Of a DNA stretch of 64,000 nucleotides, positions 56,562-64,000 are shown piece after piece. The notes beneath the pieces were generated by a model. It ran no database searches and was not told the origin of the DNA. It saw nothing but the letters and a program-made list of their open reading frames with translations. Made by a program: the position numbers and the translations under genes. Origin of the DNA: Vulcanimicrobiota bacterium (lineage in GTDB: Bacteria; Vulcanimicrobiota; Vulcanimicrobiia; Vulcanimicrobiales; Vulcanimicrobiaceae); contig OY970223.1 of NCBI GenBank assembly GCA_963714015.1, positions 1,184,001 to 1,248,000 of the forward strand, written 5' to 3'. Positions within the stretch are counted from its first letter, which is position 1. Every line of letters begins with the position of its first letter.

Positions 56562-57298
56562 AGCGGCGGCTCTTTTTGGCGAGCAGCCTTTCGGCCGCGC
56601 TCGCTTCTTGTTCGCAGATCGGCACCAAATTGAATGACAACGGCGGTTTTCATCGCGCGCTCGAGAGTGCCGAATGGGTCAATCAGCGGCTCATCGGCAC
56701 GCGCGGCCGCGCGCGCGAATACGGGCCGGCGGACATCTCCAAGGATTTTCCGATAAACTCACTTCCCACGCCGAAAGATTCTCAATACTCGGATTTGGCT
56801 CGCGACGGATTCCATTCGTTCCGTTTAGTCGTGGATGGTGCCGTAGAGCATCCGCTTTCGCTGCCGCTTGCGCAGCTTCAGCACATGATGGACGTTTCGG
56901 AGATCACGCGTCACGACTGCGTCGAAGGCTGGAGCGTCGTCGCGCAGTGGCAAGGGGTGCGACTGGCAGACCTGATCGCGCTCGCTCGGCCGCGCCCGAA
57001 CGCGCGTTTTGCGGTCTTCCACACCTTCGACGTCGATCAGCAAGGCGCGCCGTACTATGAAAGCCTCAGTTTAACGCAGGCCGCGCATCCGCAGACGCTC
57101 CTGTCGCTGCGCCAAAACGGCAAGCCGATCGAGGTCGATCGCGGCGCGCCGGTCCGTTTGACGGTACCGACGCAGCTAGGCTACAAGAGCGCGAAATGGG
57201 TCAGGCGTATCGAGATCGCCGATTCGATGCACGCTCTGTACGGCGGCAAGGGCGGCTATTGGGAAGATCAGGGCTACGAGTGGTACGCGGGGATTTGA
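56558..57298 (+). CDS. Molybdopterin-dependent oxidoreductase (sulfite oxidase/MsrP-like)
   Basis: Tat-like KRRLFL, RHDCVEGWS, GAPVRL, GYKSAKW. Confidence 0.9.
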   Translation: MKRRLFLASSLSAALASCSQIGTKLNDNGGFHRALESAEWVNQRLIGTRGRAREYGPADISKDFPINSLPTPKDSQYSDLARDGFHSFRLVVDGAVEHPLSLPLAQLQHMMDVSEITRHDCVEGWSVVAQWQGVRLADLIALARPRPNARFAVFHTFDVDQQGAPYYESLSLTQAAHPQTLLSLRQNGKPIEVDRGAPVRLTVPTQLGYKSAKWVRRIEIADSMHALYGGKGGYWEDQGYEWYAGI

Positions 57299-57324
57299 CG
57301 TGCAGTCTCAGCTGCCGCTACAGC

Positions 57325-58215
57325 CTACGACCGTAACGATCTCGGCTTGCTCAATGCAATCCATACGCCCGCGATAACCAGTGCCGCGCCGAAGGTTTCA
57401 CGCAAACCGAACGCTTCGCCGCCCGCAAAGACTCCCACGAGGACCGCGATCACCGGAATGATCAATGCGCTTAGGCCGACGATCCACGCGGCGATGCGAT
57501 GCAGCAGCCACAAATTTGCGAAGAACGCCACGCCGCTTCCGAGCACGGCCAAGTAAAGAATGGCGCCGGCGGACGCCACCGAAGCGGCGCGTGCCGGATT
57601 TGGGTGTTCGATGAGAATGCCGGCGATCGCCACCGCAGTTCCCGCAAGCAGCATGGCCGGCGGAAGCGTTACCAGCGGGTCGTGATGGGAATGCCGTTTG
57701 GCGTAGACGTTTGCGAAGGCCGAAGAACAAGCCGCCGCCACGGCTGCCAGCGCGTACCAGATGGATCCCTGCAGTGAGGCGGAGAGCGAGATTGCAAAGA
57801 CGCCGGTAAAGGCGAGCAATCCGCCTATCCAAATCCTCGGCGTAGTACGTTCGCCAATCAGATAATGACCGAACGCGAACATGAAGAAGGGCAACACGCC
57901 GAAGAGCACGGCCGTCAAACCGGACCCGACATGAGTCTCGGCGACATACGTGAGTATGTAATTCAACCCGAAAAGAAAGCAGCCCAGAATCGCGACCAGC
58001 TTCCACGGTACGTCTTTCGGCGCGCGAAGCTTTCCGCTCATTGCGGCCGCAGCGTACATAAGGAGTCCGGCGATCACGAAACGCACTCCCGCGCCGGAGA
58101 TTGGCGGAACGTAACGCAGGCTGATCTTGATGCCCAGCCAGGTAGTGCCCCAAATGCCGCACATAAGCGCATAGGCTCCAACGATCCCGGCTCGGGCCTT
58201 CAGGGAGTCGCGCAT
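57325..58215 (-). CDS. EamA/DMT transporter
   Basis: IWGTTW; about 10 TMs in two repeats. Confidence 0.9.
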   Translation of the reverse strand: MRDSLKARAGIVGAYALMCGIWGTTWLGIKISLRYVPPISGAGVRFVIAGLLMYAAAAMSGKLRAPKDVPWKLVAILGCFLFGLNYILTYVAETHVGSGLTAVLFGVLPFFMFAFGHYLIGERTTPRIWIGGLLAFTGVFAISLSASLQGSIWYALAAVAAACSSAFANVYAKRHSHHDPLVTLPPAMLLAGTAVAIAGILIEHPNPARAASVASAGAILYLAVLGSGVAFFANLWLLHRIAAWIVGLSALIIPVIAVLVGVFAGGEAFGLRETFGAALVIAGVWIALSKPRSLRS

Positions 58216-58232
58216 CGGATTCCTTATTAGCC

Positions 58233-58262
58233 TTGACAGTCCCGCCGGGCCTGTGCTTTGAT
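58233..58262 (+). promoter_or_regulatory. Promoter of the leader-aroH-tyrA operon
   Basis: TTGACA-N18-TTTGAT with an extended -10 TG; predicted start just before the leader ATG. Confidence 0.6.
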
Positions 58263-58271
58263 CGCCGGTAC

Positions 58272-58337
58272 ATGCACGGCGTACTTTCGCAGTCGTATTC
58301 GTATGCCTATTACCGGCCGCTTCGCGGAGCCGGTTGA
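58272..58337 (+). CDS. Tyr-rich attenuator leader peptide MHGVLSQSYSYAYYRPLRGAG
   Basis: 4 Tyr codons within codons 9-14; upstream of tyrosine biosynthesis genes and of a terminator. Confidence 0.85.
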   Translation: MHGVLSQSYSYAYYRPLRGAG

Positions 58338-58372
58338 GCGCTCATTGCAGTAACGGCTTACGTTTTTGCAAG

Positions 58373-58407
58373 AAGCCTCGCCGGTTCCGGCGGGGTTTTT
58401 TCGTTTT
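58373..58407 (+). terminator. Attenuator terminator
   Basis: AAGCCTCGCCG-gttc-CGGCGGGGTTT followed by a U-tract. Confidence 0.88.
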
Positions 58408-58420
58408 GAAGAGGGACTCG

Positions 58421-58804
58421 ATGAATCAACTCAAGGTGCGAGGCATTCGCGGTGCGGTCACCGTGGAGGAAAACGTGCCCGAACAGATCGGCGCCGCCAC
58501 GAAGCGGCTGCTCTCGGAAATGATCGGCCGCAACGCGATTGAGACCGCCGACATTGCCTCGGTGCTGTTCAGTCTGACTCCGGATCTGCAGTCCGCCTTT
58601 CCGGCGCTCGCGGCGCGCGAAATGGGTTGGGTTCACGTGCCGATGCTGCACTTCAGCGAGATCGCGGTACCGGGAGCTATGGCGCGCGTGGTGCGCGTAT
58701 TGATGCACGTGAACACCGTGCGCGGACAACAGGAGATCGAACACGTCTACCTTGACGGAGCGGCGGCCTTGCGCCCCGATCTCTCGCGGCCGGTTGGTTC
58801 GTGA
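58421..58804 (+). CDS. aroH: Chorismate mutase, AroH class
   Basis: VRGIRGA, FPALAAR, VRVLMH, VYLDGAAALRPDL. Confidence 0.95.
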   Translation: MNQLKVRGIRGAVTVEENVPEQIGAATKRLLSEMIGRNAIETADIASVLFSLTPDLQSAFPALAAREMGWVHVPMLHFSEIAVPGAMARVVRVLMHVNTVRGQQEIEHVYLDGAAALRPDLSRPVGS

Positions 58805-59577
58805 GCGTGACGGGCACCATTGGGATCCTCGGCACCGGGCTGATCGGCGGATCGATAGGGCTGCGCGCGCGTGAAATCGGCATGCGCGTTCTGGGCTGCG
58901 ATGCCGACGCGGAGGCGGCGCGTGAAGCGCGGCAGCGCGAAATCGTAGATCAGCTTGCGGACAGGAGCGAGATCTACGGGTCGTGCGATACAGTCGTGCT
59001 CGCCATGCCTGCTGCTGCGGCGGTACGCGAGTTGCAATCACTAGATCGCACTCAGGTTTCGCGCGTTTCGTTGATTATCGACGTCGCCTCGGTGAAAACG
59101 CCGGTTGTCGAAGCTGCGCGCGGAATCGCGTCCTTCGTTGCGACGCACCCGATGGCGGGAAATGCCGGAAGCGGCCCTCATGCCGCCGACGCTGCAATCT
59201 TTGACGGCGCGACGTGGGCATACGTTGCGCAGCAAGACGAAAAAGTGACGCAGCGGGCGGTGGAGTTCATTGCCTCGATGGGAGCGCACCCGGTGCCGGT
59301 TGACGCGCAGCAGCACGACGCAATCGTTGCCTTCACCTCTCACATGCCGCAGGTCTTCGCATGGCTCTTTGCCGAGCGGTTCACGCAACTGGACTCCGAA
59401 ATTGCCGAGGCGCTGTGCGGTCCCGTCGCGCGTGAATTGCTGCGCATAGGCCGCACGCGCCCGGCGTTCTGGAACGACGTGCTCGAGCTCAACGCGGAAA
59501 ACTTGAGCCGCGAGCTGCGCCGGGCGGCTGGAGCACTCGACGAAGCAGCGGCAGATTACATTCTGAAAACGCCGTAA
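58801..59577 (+). CDS. tyrA: Prephenate dehydrogenase
   Basis: [21 protein letters not shown]...AFTSHMP. Confidence 0.92.
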   Translation: MSVTGTIGILGTGLIGGSIGLRAREIGMRVLGCDADAEAAREARQREIVDQLADRSEIYGSCDTVVLAMPAAAAVRELQSLDRTQVSRVSLIIDVASVKTPVVEAARGIASFVATHPMAGNAGSGPHAADAAIFDGATWAYVAQQDEKVTQRAVEFIASMGAHPVPVDAQQHDAIVAFTSHMPQVFAWLFAERFTQLDSEIAEALCGPVARELLRIGRTRPAFWNDVLELNAENLSRELRRAAGALDEAAADYILKTP

Positions 59578-61142
59578 CGCGTATGTTCGATGGGTGCGTG
59601 CGCCGCTGCGTCCAGTCCCATCGCGATAACTTTGCGCGTGTCGAGGGGATCGATGATACCGTCGTCCCACAAGCGCGCGGTCGAGTAATACGGGCTTCCC
59701 TCGTGCTCGTACTTCTCGAGAATCGGACGTTCGAACTCGGCTTTTTGCTCCGCCGTCATCTCGCCTTTGACCGTTGAGAGCACGCCGGCGGCTTGCGGTC
59801 CGCCCATGACCGAGATGCGCGCGTTCGGCCACATCCACAATTGTCGCGGCGAATACGCGCGCCCGCACATGCCGTAATTCCCCGCGCCGAAGCTTCCGCC
59901 GATCACGACCGTGAATTTCGGGACCTCAGCGCAGGCCACGGCGGTGACGAGTTTGGCGCCGTCTTTGGCGATGCCGCCGTTCTCGTACTGCTTGCCGACC
60001 ATAAAGCCGGTGATGTTCTGCAGAAAGAGCAACGGCGTGCCGCGCTGGGTGCAAAGCTCGATGAAGTGCGCTCCCTTGAGCGCGCTCTCGCTGAACAGAA
60101 TCCCATTGTTCGCGATGACGCCGACGGGGTGTCCTTCGATGCGCGCAAAACCGGTCACGAGCGTCGTGCCGTAGCGCGCTTTGAATTCATGAAACTCCGA
60201 TGCGTCGACCAGACGCGCGATGACCTCGCGCACGTCGTACCCGATTCTGCTGTCGGCCGGGATGATGCCGTAAATGTCGCGCGGATCGTATTTCGGCGCT
60301 CGCGCCTCGCAGGAATCCCATTGCCGCGGAAGCTCGCGATGCAGGTTCGCAACAATGGATCGCACCAGGGCCAGCGCATGCTCGTCGTCTTCCGCGAAAT
60401 GATCGGCAACCCCGGATATCCGCGTGTGCACGTCGGCGCCGCCCAGTTCTTCGGCGGTGACTTCCTCGCCGGTCGCGGCCTTGACCAGCGGCGGACCGCC
60501 TAGGAAGATCGTTCCGTTACCCTTAACGATGATCGCCTCGTCGGACATGGCCGGAACGTACGCTCCTCCCGCCGTGCACGAACCCATAACGGCAGCGATC
60601 TGCGGGATTTTTTTACCCGACATGCGCGCCTGGTTGTAAAATATCCGTCCGAAGTGATCGCGATCGGGAAACACCTCAGCCTGCAGCGGCAAAAACGCAC
60701 CGCCCGAATCCACCAAATAGATGCACGGCAAATGGTTTTGCTCCGCAATCTCTTGCGCGCGAAGGTGTTTCTTTACCGTCATCGGGTAGTATGTGCCGCC
60801 TTTGACCGTTGCATCGTTTGCAACGATGATGCAGTGCTGGCCTTCGATTGCGCCGATCCCGGTAATCATGCCGGCGGCGGGCGCATCGTCACGGTACATC
60901 CCGTTGGCTGCAAGGGCGGAGAGCTCCAGGAAATCCGAAGCGGGATCCACGAGCCGATCGATGCGTTCGCGCGCGGTGAGCTTGCCTCGCTTGCGGTGCT
61001 TGGCAACCGCGTCGGGTCCGCCCCCGTTGCGGACTGACGCCAAACGTTCGCGCAGGTCCGCGACGAGGCGGTTCATGCGCTCGAAGTTTCGATCGAAATC
61101 GCCGTCTTGCGGGTTCAGGCGTGTCGGTAGAACGGAAATCAC
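59556..61142 (-). CDS. Methylcrotonyl-CoA carboxylase beta (carboxyltransferase)
   Basis: [34 protein letters not shown]. Confidence 0.94.
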   Translation of the reverse strand: MISVLPTRLNPQDGDFDRNFERMNRLVADLRERLASVRNGGGPDAVAKHRKRGKLTARERIDRLVDPASDFLELSALAANGMYRDDAPAAGMITGIGAIEGQHCIIVANDATVKGGTYYPMTVKKHLRAQEIAEQNHLPCIYLVDSGGAFLPLQAEVFPDRDHFGRIFYNQARMSGKKIPQIAAVMGSCTAGGAYVPAMSDEAIIVKGNGTIFLGGPPLVKAATGEEVTAEELGGADVHTRISGVADHFAEDDEHALALVRSIVANLHRELPRQWDSCEARAPKYDPRDIYGIIPADSRIGYDVREVIARLVDASEFHEFKARYGTTLVTGFARIEGHPVGVIANNGILFSESALKGAHFIELCTQRGTPLLFLQNITGFMVGKQYENGGIAKDGAKLVTAVACAEVPKFTVVIGGSFGAGNYGMCGRAYSPRQLWMWPNARISVMGGPQAAGVLSTVKGEMTAEQKAEFERPILEKYEHEGSPYYSTARLWDDGIIDPLDTRKVIAMGLDAAAHAPIEHTRYGVFRM

Positions 61143-61207
61143 GCTGGCCGCGTTCTTTTTCAGACGGCTTTAACCCCGTTTGGGCGGAGGTTCGATAGAC
61201 TAACGAT

Positions 61208-62699
61208 ATGGCGACCGCGCAGATTCCTCACACCGACGTTGCCGGCATGACTCGTCCCGCCGGCCGGCTCGATTTGGCCGCCGCGCTGGAACCGTACAAC
61301 GGCCCATGGAACCGCCGGTTGGCCGCACATCTTCTGCGGCGGGCGGGCTTCGGTGGAACCAACGGACGAGATCGGCAGTCTTGCGGCAAAGCCCGTGCAC
61401 GTCGCCGTCGATTCGGTGCTGGGCTTGCCCTCGGCCGAGGGCATCGACGCACCGCCCGACCTGTATAGTTTGGCTGCTGCGATCGCACAGTATTTTCCGA
61501 ACGGGCGTCCTCAGGACGTCGACGACATGACGCGCCGGAAAATCAACCAGCAGATTCGGCTGAACGAGCGCGACTCGATTGCCTCGCTGCAAAACTGGTG
61601 GCTGAACCGCATGCTGACCACGCCGGCGCCGCTGCAGGAGAAGATGACCTTTTATTTTCACGGTCACTTCACGACGGCGGCAATCCAAAAGGGCGTCGAT
61701 CCGCTGATGGTCTTCAACCAGAATCAACTCTTCCGGCAGTACGCGCTTGGAAATCTGCGCGAGCTCACCTGGGCCGTCTCGACCGACCCCGCGATGCTGA
61801 TATACTTGGACAACGCAACCAACGTCGCGAAGCATCCGAACGAGAATTATGCTCGCGAACTGATGGAGCTTTTCACGCTGGGCGTCGATCACTACACGGA
61901 ACAGGACGTTCGGGAAGCAGCGCGCGCCTGGAGCGGCTGGATCGTGAACCGTAAGACCGGACAGGCGCGTTTCGCGCCTCGCCGGCATGACGACGGTACG
62001 AAGACGTTCTTAGGGCAAACCGGCAATTGGAGCGGCCAAGACATCGTCGACATCATCTATCGCCAGCCGGCGTGCGCCGAGTTCTGGGCGAACAGTCTTC
62101 TGAACTTCTTCGTGTACAACAATCCCGAACCGGAACTGGTCACCGCGGTTTCGGGCTTGATTCGTTCGCACGACTACGAGCTGCATCCGGTCATGTCGAC
62201 GCTTCTGCGCAGCAATCTGTTCTTCTCGCCGCGCGCGTATCGTGCATTGGTGAAGAGTCCCGTCGAGTTTCTCGTCGGTACGTATAAAGCGTTCGGCGTT
62301 CCTCAGATCGGCGATCAGGGTCAGCGCGCGTTGAATCAGATGGGCCAGGTGCTCTTTAATCCTCCGAACGTCGCGGGCTGGCCGGGCGGCGCCAATTGGC
62401 TGACGAGTCAAACGCTGATAGCGCGTCAAAATTTCGTCGCCGGTCTCGTCAACTCGCCCGCAATGAGCGACGCAGGTTGGATAGCCCAGGTTCCGATGAA
62501 CGCTGCGGCCGCCGCATCGACGATCGTGCAGAACGTTCTGATCGGCGATGCTTCACGGCAAGATCTCCTGCAGCTGACCGACTATCTGAACGGCGCAAAC
62601 ACCTCCGCACTGGGAGTGCTCTCGGCGGAAAACTACCAAGAACGCGTGCGCGGCGCGGCCTACCTGACGACGGCGATGCCGGCGTATCAACTGGGGTAA
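61208..62699 (+). CDS. DUF1800 family protein (frameshift near 61360)
   Basis: HLLRRAGFG, LQEKMTF.FH.HF, NENYARELMELFTLG, PPNVAGW. Confidence 0.9.
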
Positions 62700-62705
62700 A
62701 AGTTC

Positions 62706-63926
62706 ATGAAACGATCGGGATTTCTCGCCGGTGCTCTGAGCGGACTGGCCGTCGTGGCAAACACTCATCACGTCTTTGCGCGAGCGCTCGCCGATTCGCC
62801 GCTCCCGGGTCTGCCGGGCAGTGAAGACCGGTGCCTCGTGCTGATAAATCTGCAGGGCGGGAACGACGGTTTGAACTGCATCGTGCCCTACGGTGATCCG
62901 CAATACTACACCGTACGCCCGACCATCGGCGTTCCGCAGAGCGCCGTACTGTCCATCGACAAACAGATCGGCTTTAATCCGGCGATGCAGTCGTTGAAGG
63001 CAATGTACGACAAAGGAATGGTCGCCGTCGTTCAGGGTGTCGGATACCCGAATCCCGATCATTCGCACTTCCGTTCCACGGAGATTTGGCAGACCGCGGC
63101 TCCCGATCGTTACGAACATACGGGCTGGTTGGGCCGGTATTTGGACGACGCCGGGTTGCCCAAAGACAATCTTTTCAACGGCATCGCGATCTCGCAGGTT
63201 CTGCCCGAGGTTCTGGTGGCCAATCATACGGACGTGCCTGCAATCGCGCAGGTGCACGGGTACGGTCTGGTGAGCGACCGCAACAGCGCCGCCCGCAGTG
63301 TCTATTCAAATCTGCTCGCAGACAGCCGCTTGCCTTTTACGTCGCCGTACTTGGCTCACGTGGCGGAGATCGAAGATCATGCCCAACGCGGATCGGAAGA
63401 ACTTCCCAAACTCATTGCCGGCTACAAACCCGCCGGAGCGTATCCGGCAACGCCGCTGGGCCGGAGCCTATCCCTCGCCGCGCAGATCATCGGCAGCAAC
63501 GTGCGCACCCGCGTGCTCTACGTGGCGCACGGTTCCTTCGACACGCACATCAGCCAAAAGGCTACGCAAGATCGTTTACTCGGGGAGTTCAGCGACGCGA
63601 TGAAGGCGTTTTACGACGACCTCGCCGCTCACGGCAGCGATAAGCGCGTTTTGACCATGACGTTTTCGGAATTCGGCCGGCGGATCGAGGAGAATGCAAG
63701 CCGGGGAACCGATCATGGGGAAGCGTCCCCGCTCTTTCTAGTCGGCGGCGGGGTAAAGGGCGGGGTCTACGGCACATATCCCGATTTGAGCAAAACGAGT
63801 ATCGGCAACGTCGGCTTCACGACCGACTTCCGAAACGTTTACGCCACGGTGCTCGAGCGGTGGCTCTCAAGGCCTTCGCAGACCGTACTCCAAGGCCGGT
63901 TCAACCAGTTGTCCATGCTTGCTTAG
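62706..63926 (+). CDS. DUF1501 family protein
   Basis: GGNDGLN, SHFRS, FDTH, SEFGRR, GTDHG. Confidence 0.92.
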   Translation: MKRSGFLAGALSGLAVVANTHHVFARALADSPLPGLPGSEDRCLVLINLQGGNDGLNCIVPYGDPQYYTVRPTIGVPQSAVLSIDKQIGFNPAMQSLKAMYDKGMVAVVQGVGYPNPDHSHFRSTEIWQTAAPDRYEHTGWLGRYLDDAGLPKDNLFNGIAISQVLPEVLVANHTDVPAIAQVHGYGLVSDRNSAARSVYSNLLADSRLPFTSPYLAHVAEIEDHAQRGSEELPKLIAGYKPAGAYPATPLGRSLSLAAQIIGSNVRTRVLYVAHGSFDTHISQKATQDRLLGEFSDAMKAFYDDLAAHGSDKRVLTMTFSEFGRRIEENASRGTDHGEASPLFLVGGGVKGGVYGTYPDLSKTSIGNVGFTTDFRNVYATVLERWLSRPSQTVLQGRFNQLSMLA

Positions 63927-64000
63927 AGCTCACGTCACCAAGTCCGCCATCTCGACGCAGGGCGGTCCCAACCGTATGCCAAATGACCTGCACTGCTGCG

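Overview
The window has two halves. Bases 1-~27026 are the right part of a genomic island integrated at the 3' end of a tRNA-Ala(CGC) gene (27027-27100, minus strand). It holds an SNF2-helicase/DUF3883 + DUF1156 methylase + HEPN-DUF499 ATPase restriction-like defence locus, an ASCH gene, two PD-(D/E)xK-like ORFs and an HNH nuclease. It also holds an IncP Tra1/IncQ2-Mob-like mobilisation module (traM-L-K <oriT> traJ-I-like), a DEDDh exonuclease, an excisionase cut by an IS21 element, a membrane protein with a macro-domain-like core, an Xre/RES toxin-antitoxin pair, a STAND-like ATPase-TPR protein and an integrase C-terminal remnant. Bases ~27100-64000 are visibly more GC-rich core genome: zur-znuACB, SDR, GH5-like hydrolase, purEK, a two-component system with an RND/TolC/MFP efflux system, a YncE propeller, phospholipase C, GT4, MmyB-like regulator/MFS, a WYL regulator, leucine catabolism genes, an MsrPQ-like pair, EamA, aroH-tyrA and DUF1800/DUF1501. 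Gene style loosely suggests Ca. Eremiobacterota (weak inference). Many genes, including housekeeping ones, are broken by 1-nt indels, which most likely reflect sequencing error. The most notable signals are a complete tyrosine-sensing leader-peptide attenuator in front of aroH-tyrA, a possible NAD+/ADP-ribose module (TM-macro-TM + RES/Xre + STAND-TPR), and a 19-bp hairpin over the start of a phage-like gene in the predicted leading region of the mobilisable island. All family assignments come from recalled motifs, not database searches.
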